A program made the position numbers and the translations under genes. The notes beneath the pieces are model-generated. The model did not search any database and was not told the DNA's origin. It was given only the letters and a program-made list of their open reading frames with translations. A DNA stretch of 64,000 bases from Planctomycetota bacterium (GTDB lineage Bacteria; Planctomycetota; B15-G4), in contig JBBQUR010000009.1 of assembly GCA_038212275.1 (NCBI GenBank), positions 1 through 64,000 of the forward strand. Direction: 5' to 3'. Below, in pieces: positions 37,804 through 48,830 of the stretch (position 1 is its first letter; each line of letters starts with the position of its first letter).

Positions 37804-39852
37804 CTACGGCGCGTCCATCAGCACCGCATCGATCACCGTGCCGTCGGCGAGCGCCGTCGTGTCCAGAATGAGCCGCGTGGCGGCCCACGTTCCGGCCGGG
37901 TCGATGAGATCCAGGCGCAGCAGACCGCGCGGCAACGTGATCGATCGCTCGGACGGCTCGAGCTGCACCAGCCGCGTGTCGAGCGCCGTGCCGCCGGCGA
38001 CGGCCGACGAGATCTTCACCGACAGCGGCGCACTCAACGGCTCCGGCGCGCGCGGGTCGAAGGCGTTCAGCTCCACCCGCACCGACGGCAGGCCGCCGTC
38101 CCGCGGTGGGGGCTGCGCGAGCACGAGCAGCAGCTCCTGCGACGTGCCGGGAAGGAGCTGCACGATGCGGCTCGCCACGCCGTCCGCCGGCTCGTGGCCG
38201 TGCGCCGTGACGAGCACGCTTCCCTGGAGATTCAGCGCGTCGAAGTCGACGCGGCCCTTGGAATCGAGGATCCGGATCGACTCACCGGTCACCTGTCCGA
38301 GCGGGAGCACGGAGACCATGCCGCCGTCCGCCGGTCGCCCGTCGGCGCGCTGCACCTGCACGGTGAGCTGCGACGCGGCGAGCAGCGTGAAGCGCTGCGG
38401 CGCCATGCCCGCCGTGATGTCGATGGGGAAGGTGCTCGTGCCGAAGCCCTCCACCGCGCAGCCGAGCAGCTGGCTGCGGCCCGGACTGGCCTGCTCCAGC
38501 GTGAACCGGCCTGCGTCGTCCGTGATCGCGCCGGTCCACTGGCCGCCCGCGTTCCGCTCGAGCCAGACCGTGGCACCCGGGACGCCACGGCCCTCGATGT
38601 CCACCAGCTGGCCCGGGACCTGCACGCCGCGATGCAGCGACACCACCACGCGCATCGGGCGCGCTTCCGTGCGCTCCGGCGCGGCGATGACGGAGGGAAC
38701 GAAATCCTGGCAGGTCACCGTGATCGGCGAGCGCGCTGCGAGCTCCACGCCGATGAACCGGGCGCAACCATCGGGGCCGGCATACCAAGCCATTGCCGAA
38801 CCGCCGCGCCGACTCCGCAGCGTGACGCGCGCCTCGGGCAGCGGCGCCTGCGTGACCGCATCGACGACCTGCACGATGATGTCGGTCAGCTCGTCGCAGC
38901 GGATGTCCCAGAGCACATCCACGCCGGGCGAGAGCAGCGACGGGACAGGGCCGAGCGCCTGCGCCCATGCATCGCCGACTTCGAGCGTCACGTCGGCGTG
39001 GCCGAGGAGGTTGCGATCGAATCGGTAGTGCTGCTCGTCGACGCTCGACGTCGCGCTGCCCGACCAGCGGCCGCCGCGCTCGTCCGTCCAGCTCCAGCGC
39101 GCCGAGAGCCGGACGTCGTCTCCGGTCAGCGCCATCGAGCCCGGATCGAAGCGGCCGTGCAGCGACGCGGCGGCCGGGAGGCGCACGTCCAGCACCTCGT
39201 CCGCGCGGCCGTCGGTGACAAGGCTCACGTCGCGCCAGGGTCCCAGCGAGAACTCGAGCGTCACGCGCAGCGCGGCGTGGCCGAGGGCGTCGTCGATGGG
39301 CCAGCGCCACAGTCCGTCCGGGTCGGGACTTGCCCGGTGCAGGGCGATCGGTTGTGGCGACGGACGGACGCCCGCGTCGAGGATCTCCTCGATGGCGAGG
39401 CCTTCCGTCGCGCGGGCCGCTGCAGTCACCGCGCCGGACTTTTCGGCCTTCTCGTCCGGCTCGTCCAGCACGAGCACGCTGGCGGAGATCTGAAGGTCGA
39501 CGGGCGTGTTCCCGGCGGCGTCGCGGAGGCGGGCGATGAAGACGCGTCCGTAGATCTCGTCGTCGAAGCGGGCGTCGCCCGAAGAATCCTCGCCGACCGG
39601 CACGCGGGCCCAGCCCGGTTCGAGCGCGGGTTCGAGCGGTTGCGGCCCGTCGCGCCGGACCGATGCCGGCAACGCTACGGGCTGCAGATCCACGGCGTGC
39701 CCGGCGCCCGGCGCGTCGCGGGCCCGCAGAATGGAAGGCGAGTCTGCCTCCGGCGCGCCGCCGCCGTCGCGCAGCAGCAACACGGACACGGCCGCGACGA
39801 GTGCGGCGCCCAGCAGCGCGAGTCGTGCCGTCCGCGGAAGAAAGCGTGCCAT
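37804..39852 (-). CDS. Membrane-anchored carboxypeptidase-regulatory-like domain protein
   Basis: TM LALLGAALVAAVSVLLL; VVDAVTQAPLPEARV and GQLVDIEGRGVPGATV...ITDDAGRFTL modules. Confidence 0.75.
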   Translation of the reverse strand: MARFLPRTARLALLGAALVAAVSVLLLRDGGGAPEADSPSILRARDAPGAGHAVDLQPVALPASVRRDGPQPLEPALEPGWARVPVGEDSSGDARFDDEIYGRVFIARLRDAAGNTPVDLQISASVLVLDEPDEKAEKSGAVTAAARATEGLAIEEILDAGVRPSPQPIALHRASPDPDGLWRWPIDDALGHAALRVTLEFSLGPWRDVSLVTDGRADEVLDVRLPAAASLHGRFDPGSMALTGDDVRLSARWSWTDERGGRWSGSATSSVDEQHYRFDRNLLGHADVTLEVGDAWAQALGPVPSLLSPGVDVLWDIRCDELTDIIVQVVDAVTQAPLPEARVTLRSRRGGSAMAWYAGPDGCARFIGVELAARSPITVTCQDFVPSVIAAPERTEARPMRVVVSLHRGVQVPGQLVDIEGRGVPGATVWLERNAGGQWTGAITDDAGRFTLEQASPGRSQLLGCAVEGFGTSTFPIDITAGMAPQRFTLLAASQLTVQVQRADGRPADGGMVSVLPLGQVTGESIRILDSKGRVDFDALNLQGSVLVTAHGHEPADGVASRIVQLLPGTSQELLLVLAQPPPRDGGLPSVRVELNAFDPRAPEPLSAPLSVKISSAVAGGTALDTRLVQLEPSERSITLPRGLLRLDLIDPAGTWAATRLILDTTALADGTVIDAVLMDAP

Positions 39853-39960
39853 CGATGCCTGCGCCCGGGAGGAGAGCAGAGCGTAGCGCAGCGGCCCCCT
39901 GCGCGTGACGGCTCGCCCCGGCATTCCGCGCCGCATCGCCGGAAGCTACAACGCCCCGAC

Positions 39961-40695
39961 ATGAAGCCGACGACTTCACCCGCCGGAGATGCTTCCGCAC
40001 CGGACACGAGGTGGAACGCCGCAAGCGCCTACACGGCGGACGAGGCACTGGCCATGGACGCCTGGCTCGTGGCCGAGCGCGGTTGCTCGATCACGGAACT
40101 CATGGCCGTGGCGGGCGCTCGCGTGGCCGACGCCGCGCGCGCACTGCTCCGCGAGCGAAGCCTCGCGCGCATCGTCTTCCTGGTCGGTCCGGGCAACAAC
40201 GGCGGCGATGGCCTCGTCGCGGAGCGCGTGTTGCGCGGCGAGGTGGAGACGCAGCTCTGGCTCCCGCTGCCACGCACGCGCGCCGCCGAGGCCGTGGCGG
40301 GTGTCGGCGCGTTTCCAGCACGGCCGGACGCCGCGCCGCCGTTGCTCGATGCGCGCACGCTGCTCGTCGACGGCCTCTTCGGAGTCGGGTTGCGCCGGCC
40401 TCTCGAGGGCGCGGAGCGCGCGGCCGTCGAGCGCGTCAATGCCTCCGACGCGACGGTCCTCGCGATCGACATCCCGAGCGGCCTGCACGCGACGACGGGC
40501 GAGGTGCCGGGCGCGCGCCGCGGCGCCGCGATCCGCGCCGATGTCACGCTGACCTTCGTCGGCCCCAAGCGCGGCTTCTTCCTGGGTTCCGGCCCTGCGC
40601 ACGTCGGGGCGTGGCGCGCGGTGGACATCGGCTTTCCGCCGCAGCTCGCGCACGACTGGCTCGCGCGCCGTCGCGGCGCGGAGTCGACGTCGTGA
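39961..40695 (+). CDS. nnrE: NAD(P)H-hydrate epimerase (stand-alone YjeF_N)
   Basis: LM.VAG, GPGNNGGDG, LVDGLFGVG, AIDIPSG and ADVTLTF motifs. Confidence 0.9.
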   Translation: MKPTTSPAGDASAPDTRWNAASAYTADEALAMDAWLVAERGCSITELMAVAGARVADAARALLRERSLARIVFLVGPGNNGGDGLVAERVLRGEVETQLWLPLPRTRAAEAVAGVGAFPARPDAAPPLLDARTLLVDGLFGVGLRRPLEGAERAAVERVNASDATVLAIDIPSGLHATTGEVPGARRGAAIRADVTLTFVGPKRGFFLGSGPAHVGAWRAVDIGFPPQLAHDWLARRRGAESTS

Positions 40696-41411
40696 AGGGC
40701 GCGGCCGGCGCCGTCGGCGAGCCCGGGGCCGGGGACTCGATCGGGACGATCGCGCGACTGGTCGAGGCGTATCGCGCGCGGCATCCCGAAGAAGTTGCCA
40801 CGCTCGCGCCGCTCGTGGCGCAGCTGCTTCGTCCCGAGCGGCCCGATGATCGCGCCACGCTGCCGGGGCACCTCACCGCGGCGGCGCTGCTGCTGCATCC
40901 GTCGCGGCGCGAGCTGCTGCTCGTCCATCACCGTGTGTTGCAGCGCTGGTTGCAGCCCGGCGGACATCTCGAGCACGGCGAGCTTCCTGCGGACGCCGCG
41001 GGGCGCGAACTGCGCGAGGAGACCGGAGTCGACGGCGCGGTGCTGCACGCATGGCACGCGATGCACGGGCTGTCGTGCGGCGCCACGCTCCCGATCGACA
41101 TCGACATCCACGGCATCCCCGCCAACGAACGCAAGCGCGAACCGGCGCATCTGCACCTGGACTTCCGCTACGTGTTCGTGCTCCCGACGAAAGCACGCGG
41201 GTCGCACTCTCCGGCCGAGGCGCGTCGCGACGCGCACCGCGACGCGGACGACCCCGAGCTGCGTCCCGACCTCGGCGAGGTGACGCACCTGCGCTGGATG
41301 AGCCTCGACGCGCTGGCCTCGCGCGACGGCTCCGCGCCGCCGGTGGACGGCCTGCAGCGCGCCGCGCGCAAACTGCTGGCGGCGCTCGCGTCCGGCGCCG
41401 TGCCCGCGTAA
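40692..41411 (+). CDS. NUDIX hydrolase
   Basis: GHLTAAA...WLQPGGHLE...AAGRELREETG Nudix box; H.HLDFRY; GTGA overlap with nnrE. Confidence 0.9.
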   Translation: MKGAAGAVGEPGAGDSIGTIARLVEAYRARHPEEVATLAPLVAQLLRPERPDDRATLPGHLTAAALLLHPSRRELLLVHHRVLQRWLQPGGHLEHGELPADAAGRELREETGVDGAVLHAWHAMHGLSCGATLPIDIDIHGIPANERKREPAHLHLDFRYVFVLPTKARGSHSPAEARRDAHRDADDPELRPDLGEVTHLRWMSLDALASRDGSAPPVDGLQRAARKLLAALASGAVPA

Positions 41412-41452
41412 GCTCGCGACGGTTGCGCCACGGCGGCGCAGCGGGGGCTGCC

Positions 41453-42481
41453 ATGAAGATCGTGCTGCCGGGCGGATCCGGTCAGGTGGGGACGGTTCTC
41501 GCGAGGGCCTTCGTCGCCGCGGGTCACGAGGTCGTCGTGCTGAGCCGCGGCGGGGCACGCGCCGGCGTGGGCTCACGCGCCGGCGAACCGGCCGGAGAGT
41601 CCGTGTCGCATGCAGCTCCGGCTTCCGCGTGCTGGCGCAGCGTGGCCTGGGATGCGCGCACGCTCGGGTCCTGGGCCGCCGAGCTGGATGGCGCGGACGT
41701 CGTCATCAACCTCGCGGGCCGCAGCGTGAATTGCCGCTACACAGTTGCCCACCGCGCGGAGATGCTCGACTCGCGCGTGGAGTCGACGCGCGTCGTCGGC
41801 CAGGCGATCGCGCGCGCCCGCCGCCCGCCGCACACCTGGTTGCAGGCGAGCACCGCGACCATCTACGCGCACCGCTTCGACGCGCCCAACGACGAAATCA
41901 CCGGCCTCCTCGGCGGCGGCGAGGCGGGCGCGCCCGACACCTGGCGCTTCAGCATCGAGGTCGCGACGGCCTGGGAACGCGCACTCGCCGAGGCCGTCGT
42001 GCCGCGCACGCGCAAGCTCGCGCTGCGCTCCGCGATGACCATGAGCCCGGACCGCGGCGGCATCTTCGACACGCTGCTGGGCCTCGTGCGGCGCGGCCTC
42101 GGCGGCACCTCGGGCAGCGGGCGCCAGTACATCAGCTGGATACACGAAGACGACTTCGTGGACGCGGTGCGCTGGCTCATCGCGCACGAAGAGCTTGACG
42201 GCGCCGTGAATCTCGCCGCGCCGGTCCCGCTGCCGAACGCGGAGTTCATGGCCGCGCTGCGCCGTGCCTGGGGCGCACGCGTCGGCCTGCCGGCGACGGA
42301 GTGGATGCTCGCGATCGGCGCGCGGCTGATGCACACCGAGACCGAACTGGTCCTCAAGAGCCGGCGCGTCGTTCCCGCGCGGCTGCTACGCTCGGGTTTC
42401 CGCTTTCGCTACCCGGAGTGGCCGGCGGCGGCGGTTGAACTTTGTGCGCGCGTGCGTGCAGCTCAAGCGCGACCCGGTTGA
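41453..42481 (+). CDS. TIGR01777-family NAD-dependent epimerase/oxidoreductase
   Basis: MKIVLPGGSGQVG, DVVINLAG, GSGRQYISWIH and VLKSRRVVPARL..GFRFRYP motifs. Confidence 0.9.
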   Translation: MKIVLPGGSGQVGTVLARAFVAAGHEVVVLSRGGARAGVGSRAGEPAGESVSHAAPASACWRSVAWDARTLGSWAAELDGADVVINLAGRSVNCRYTVAHRAEMLDSRVESTRVVGQAIARARRPPHTWLQASTATIYAHRFDAPNDEITGLLGGGEAGAPDTWRFSIEVATAWERALAEAVVPRTRKLALRSAMTMSPDRGGIFDTLLGLVRRGLGGTSGSGRQYISWIHEDDFVDAVRWLIAHEELDGAVNLAAPVPLPNAEFMAALRRAWGARVGLPATEWMLAIGARLMHTETELVLKSRRVVPARLLRSGFRFRYPEWPAAAVELCARVRAAQARPG

Positions 42482-42611
42482 CGCCTCTCCGTCCGCCGAG
42501 TTAGCTTGCCCGTGAGGTTCGGGAATCATCTGCCGGGCGCCGTCGGTGTCCTGGCGAGTCATGCAACCCTGCCGGTTCCGAAGCACTCCTGCGTGCATCA
42601 CGGAGACTCCG

Positions 42612-42941
42612 ATGCGCCTGGCCACACGTTATTCGCTCATTCTCGTCGTCCTGGCGGGGGTCGGCTGCACCGGCACGCCGCTGAAAATCCAGACGGCTCC
42701 GCTTCAGCCCAATGAGGAGATCATCGGCCCGGTGCACGGCAACTGCACGGGCATCATGCTCTTCGGTTTCATTCCCATCGATCAGAACGATCGCTTCGAG
42801 GGCGCTTACAAGGAGGCGCTCTCGAGCGTGAATGGCGCGACGCGCATCGTCGACGTGACGATCCAGGAAGACTGGTGGTGGGCGTACATCATGAATGGCT
42901 ACAACTTCCACTACACGGGAACGGCCGTCCGCGCGAAGTGA
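42612..42941 (+). CDS. Small lipoprotein of unknown function
   Basis: GGAG RBS; lipobox VLAGVGC; GIMLFGFIPI...AYKEAL...IVDVTI pattern. Confidence 0.75.
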   Translation: MRLATRYSLILVVLAGVGCTGTPLKIQTAPLQPNEEIIGPVHGNCTGIMLFGFIPIDQNDRFEGAYKEALSSVNGATRIVDVTIQEDWWWAYIMNGYNFHYTGTAVRAK

Positions 42942-42965
42942 TCCGGTGCTCCGGCCCGGACGGGC

Positions 42966-44933
42966 TCAGCGCGCGGCGGGGGCCTGCACCGGACCCGTCG
43001 CGCGCAGCGCCGCATTCAGCGCGGCCGCATCGGCGGGCAGCTTCACCACCTCGCGGTCGTAGGTCATCACGCCGTTGACCTCGATCTCGACGTCGGTGGT
43101 CTGCGTGTAGATCGCGGCGGAGAGGCCTTGCTCGATGAGCGGCGCGAGCTGCGCGACGAGGTCGCGGTAAGCGACGCCGAGCGCGTCGAGCGACTGAAAG
43201 CTGCGGTAACCCCAGTTGTTCTGCGGCAGCCAGGTGTGGCCGGGCAGCGGCAGGCCGAGGCCGCCGAACTCGCCGAGCACGAGCGCGCGGTCGGCCTCGG
43301 GCGCGGGGAGTTTCGGGCCCGGGTAGTCGTGGATATCCGCGACGTCGCCGACATGCATGTCGGTCCAGCCGCTCGCGTTGTCGACGAGGCGCGTCGGGTC
43401 GTGATCCTTCAACCACGCGACCGTGGCCTCGGTCTCGTACTGGCCCCAGCCCTCGTTGAAGGGCACCCACATGACGATGCACGGATGATTGGCCAGCGCG
43501 TCGGTGATGCGGCGCAGCTCGTCGGCGAACTGCGCGCGCGCGACCGGCGTGTCGTTGTGGCCGCTGGGCATGTCCTGCCACACGAGCAGGCCGAGGCGGT
43601 CGCACCACGCATACCAGCGCTCGGGCTCGACCTTGACGTGCTTGCGCGCGAAGTTGAAGCCGAGGCGCAATGTGGTGTCGATGTCGGAGCGCAGCGCGTC
43701 ATCGGTGGGCGCGGTGTACAGGCCATCGGGCCACCAGCCCTGGTCGAGCAGCCCGAACTGGAACAGCGGCTCGTTGTTGAGGAAGAGCCGCGTGATGCCG
43801 GCCTCGTCGCGGCCGAGCGCCATCTTGCGCAGGCCCGCGTAGCTGCGGACGACATCGAGTGGGGCGGTCTCGGGCGCATGCGCGTTGGCCCCGGCTCCGT
43901 CTGCGGCTCCGCCTGCGGGTTCGGTTCCGGCGTCGGCACCGGCGGCGCTTCCCTCGGCGTGCAGGCTCACCTCGAGGTCGTAGAGGAAGGGATCGGCCGG
44001 AGACCACGCGTGTGCGTCGGGCACGTGCAGGACGATGGGCTGGTCCGGCGCGCCATCGGCCGATGCGATCTCGCGCCCTCCGTCGAGCACGACGACATGC
44101 ACGCGTGTTGCGGGATGTGCGGACGTCGCGCGGTCGGGCGCGGCGCTCGAGACGGCGGCAGCGTGTACCGTCGCGTGAACGGTCAGCGTCGCGGCGTCGA
44201 GGTCGGGCACGATGCGCAGCGAGGCGATGCGCGTCGCCGGCACGGGCTCGAGCCACACCGTCTGCCAGATGCCGGTGACGGCCGTGTACCAGATGCCTTC
44301 GGGCGCCAGCACCTGCTTGCCGCGCGGCTGCGGCCCGCGGTCCGTCGGATCGCGCACGGCGACAAGCAGCTCCTGCACGGAGGGCGCCCCCGTGTCGTCG
44401 GGCAGCAGCGCGTCGGTGATGTCGAAGCTGAACGGGTCGTAGCCGCCGCTGTGCGTGCCGACGATGCGGCCGTTCAGGGTGACCTCGGCCGCGTGGTCCA
44501 CGGCGCCGAAGTGCAGCAGCAGCCGGCCATCCTCGGGCAGGGGCGGCGCGACGAAGATGCGCCGATACCACAGCCGCTGCGTGTCGCTCACCGTGCGGCG
44601 CACGCCCGAGAGCTGCGACTCCACCGCGAAGGGCACGAGGATCGTGCCGTCGAAGCTGCCGGCGGCGGGCGCGGGCTCGGCGCCGTCACGGATCGCATAC
44701 TCCCACGGGCCGTTGAGGTTCAGCCACGCCTCGCGCACGAGTTGCGGTCGCGGATACTCGGGCAGCACGTGTCCGGGCGTGACGTCGGCGGCCCAGCGCG
44801 TGCGAAGCGACGGCGCCGCGGGCGAGGCCGGCGCCGGCTCGACGACCTGAACCGGCACTTGCTCCTGCGCATCGGCCGGCGAGACCGGCAGCAAGGTGCA
44901 GAGCGCGCCGAGGGCGATGGTGATGCGGAGCAT
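42966..44933 (-). CDS. Glycoside hydrolase family 2, exported
   Basis: EYPRPQL, WLNLNGPW, LLHFGAVD, LDQGWWPDGLYTAP, RKHVKVE, WVPFNEGWGQ and GEFGG motifs. Confidence 0.92.
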   Translation of the reverse strand: MLRITIALGALCTLLPVSPADAQEQVPVQVVEPAPASPAAPSLRTRWAADVTPGHVLPEYPRPQLVREAWLNLNGPWEYAIRDGAEPAPAAGSFDGTILVPFAVESQLSGVRRTVSDTQRLWYRRIFVAPPLPEDGRLLLHFGAVDHAAEVTLNGRIVGTHSGGYDPFSFDITDALLPDDTGAPSVQELLVAVRDPTDRGPQPRGKQVLAPEGIWYTAVTGIWQTVWLEPVPATRIASLRIVPDLDAATLTVHATVHAAAVSSAAPDRATSAHPATRVHVVVLDGGREIASADGAPDQPIVLHVPDAHAWSPADPFLYDLEVSLHAEGSAAGADAGTEPAGGAADGAGANAHAPETAPLDVVRSYAGLRKMALGRDEAGITRLFLNNEPLFQFGLLDQGWWPDGLYTAPTDDALRSDIDTTLRLGFNFARKHVKVEPERWYAWCDRLGLLVWQDMPSGHNDTPVARAQFADELRRITDALANHPCIVMWVPFNEGWGQYETEATVAWLKDHDPTRLVDNASGWTDMHVGDVADIHDYPGPKLPAPEADRALVLGEFGGLGLPLPGHTWLPQNNWGYRSFQSLDALGVAYRDLVAQLAPLIEQGLSAAIYTQTTDVEIEVNGVMTYDREVVKLPADAAALNAALRATGPVQAPAAR

Positions 44934-44956
44934 GTGCGCGTCGACGCCCGGACGAC

Positions 44957-45961
44957 TCAGTGGCGACCGTCCGCCGCCGGTTCAGGCGCTGGCGCAAGGC
45001 TCGCCAGCAGCTCCGTGATGTCGTCGGCCGACAGGTGTACCGCGGCTGCGCGCAGCATCGCGCCGAAATGCGCGAGTTCTTCGGGCGCGGCGGGGAAGCC
45101 GATGTTGCCCGTGTCCTTGGCGTTGCTGTCGGCCAGCACGTTTCCGTCCGCGGCGATGAACTGGAACCACGGGATGCCGCCGGCCTCGCTTCCGCGATGC
45201 GCGGCCAGCAGCTCCTTGCCACCGAGCGTGCGGTCCACGTCGAGCTTGCAGTCGATGAAGTCGCGGCCGAGCAGCTCGGCGACGCGCGGCTGCGCCATCC
45301 AGTTCTCGAGCTTGTGACACCAGCCGCACCACGGCGCCCCGAAGTGCAGGAAGACGCGCTTGCCCTCCCTGTCCGCCGCGGCGAGCGCCTTGCGGTAGAG
45401 GTCGTCGGCCGGGAGATACGGCGCCTGATGCTGCACGAGGAAGGCCATGACCAGCGCCGGGTCGTGGCCTGGCGTGACGACGCTCGCGGGCACGGCGCCC
45501 GTTGCCTCGGCGACCGGCGTTTCGTTCGCCTTCGTTTCGAGCACGCCGGTCTCCTGGTTGGCGAGCACGCCGCCGCTCGCGTCGAGCACGGTGAGGTACG
45601 GCACGCCCGTGCCCTTCAGATCCGCGCCGTACTTCGCCGCGAGGTCCATGTGCTTGTCGAAGCGGCCGATGTCCACGAGCACGACCTCGTACTCGTAGAG
45701 CAGTTCCTTCTTGATCTCCTTGTTGCCCGCGCACAGCTCGTGCAGCAGGTGGCACCAGCCGCACCAGTTCGCACCCCACTGGATGAGGACCCTCGTGTTG
45801 GCGCTTTCGGCGCGTGCCAGCGCCGCCGCGATCTGCTCCCCGGCGTCCGCGCTCTCGTCGTAGATGGGCGGCTTGCCGGCGGGCGTGGCAGTCTGCGCGA
45901 TCGCCGGCGAAACCGGCAGCACCAGGCAGAGAGCGACGAGGGTCACCGTGATGCGGAACAT
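44957..45961 (-). CDS. Exported protein with two thioredoxin-like domains
   Basis: Signal peptide; GANWCGWC and GAPWCGWC; cis-Pro motifs GVPY and GIPW. Confidence 0.9.
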   Translation of the reverse strand: MFRITVTLVALCLVLPVSPAIAQTATPAGKPPIYDESADAGEQIAAALARAESANTRVLIQWGANWCGWCHLLHELCAGNKEIKKELLYEYEVVLVDIGRFDKHMDLAAKYGADLKGTGVPYLTVLDASGGVLANQETGVLETKANETPVAEATGAVPASVVTPGHDPALVMAFLVQHQAPYLPADDLYRKALAAADREGKRVFLHFGAPWCGWCHKLENWMAQPRVAELLGRDFIDCKLDVDRTLGGKELLAAHRGSEAGGIPWFQFIAADGNVLADSNAKDTGNIGFPAAPEELAHFGAMLRAAAVHLSADDITELLASLAPAPEPAADGRH

Positions 45962-46020
45962 GCGCGTCTCCTGCTGCGGACTGCCGGCTTCGTGCCGAGG
46001 ATGGACATCATGAACTCGTG

Positions 46021-46542
46021 TCAGTGCAGCGTGAGCGCGAGCGCAGACGAGAGCCCTGTCTCGGGCTTGATCGGGAACGAGACCGTGGTGATGAAGGTCG
46101 GCGCGGTCTGCGCGTAGAAGGTCAGGCCGAGCAGCGCCGCGTCATTCGGAACGCTCAGCGTCACGCTGCCGCCGGGCAGCGGCCCGAACACGAACAGCGG
46201 ATTCACGTAGAGGCGGCTGTCGGGCAGGAACTTGGCGGACACGGGGATGCCGACGGGGAAGGATTCGAGGCCGAGAATCAGCAGCTGCTGCGTGAAGTAG
46301 GTGTTGCCGCAGTGAAACTCGTCCGCCGCGTACGAGAAGGTGACGTCGCACGTGGCCGTGTCGAGCGCTGCCAGAAGCGTGCTGGACGAGCACACGCCGG
46401 TGCCCGTGCCGAAGCTCGCCGTGTCGATGCCGGTGAAGTCGCACTGGCCAGCAGCGCGCCCGGAAAGCGGAGCGGCGACGAAGGCTGCGGCAAGCAGCGC
46501 GACGGGCAGAGAACGGATGAGAGCGGTGATGACGGGCTTCAT
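46021..46542 (-). CDS. Exported hypothetical protein
   Basis: GGAGG RBS; signal peptide; C-terminal LSVPNDAALLGLTFYAQ...SSALALTL pattern reminiscent of planctomycete secreted proteins. Confidence 0.72.
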   Translation of the reverse strand: MKPVITALIRSLPVALLAAAFVAAPLSGRAAGQCDFTGIDTASFGTGTGVCSSSTLLAALDTATCDVTFSYAADEFHCGNTYFTQQLLILGLESFPVGIPVSAKFLPDSRLYVNPLFVFGPLPGGSVTLSVPNDAALLGLTFYAQTAPTFITTVSFPIKPETGLSSALALTLH

Positions 46543-46684
46543 GAGGCACCTCCGGTACGGCGACAGGATGGAAGAAGTCGCAGCCCCGGCATCCTGACGC
46601 CTCGGAGCCACGCCGCGCGAGTATGCCACGAAGGCCTTCCCACCGGCCGTCGGCGAATGCGCGACCCGGGCGGATGCGCGCGCC

Positions 46685-46744
46685 GGAAGTGCTGAGCGCG
46701 CGCCAGAAGCGCTGAGCGCGCAGCGGAAGCGCTGAGCGCGCAGC
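46685..46744. repeat. Three 20-bp direct repeats in a divergent intergenic region
   Basis: ggaagtgctgagcgcgcgcc, agaagcgctgagcgcgcagc, ggaagcgctgagcgcgcagc. Confidence 0.85.
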
Positions 46745-46864
46745 GGGGTCCCCCGCGCGCCGGCCCGGCCTCAACCGCTACAATCGCCCGTTCGACGCGG
46801 CGCGACGGATGGTGATCCGGCGGCCGCCTCGCGCAAGACCTCTCGCCGGAAAGACCTGCAGCTC

Positions 46865-48607
<1,743 letters not shown>

Positions 48608-48697
48608 GGCGGGGCATCCGGCCGAGCACGCGGGTGACCGTTGTGGCGTCAGCCTGCTTTCGGCTCGTGAGCGTCGCGCTGCGTCACCAGCGACCCG

Positions 48698-48728
48698 TGT
48701 GATGGTGAGGCACTGCCTCAACATCACA
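48698..48728. repeat. Palindromic intergenic element, copy 1
   Basis: TGTGATGGTGAGGCA-C-TGCCTCAACATCACA, 15-bp arms with 1 mismatch; near-identical copy at 62347. Confidence 0.85.
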
Positions 48729-48830
48729 TGGGTCGTCGGCGCCGCGGCGCGGGGTCGGGTTACCATCCGCCGAGGGCTCAGGGCTGCCGAGCCGCTCGGC
48801 TCCACGGCGCGGCGTCCCGCGCGACGGTCA

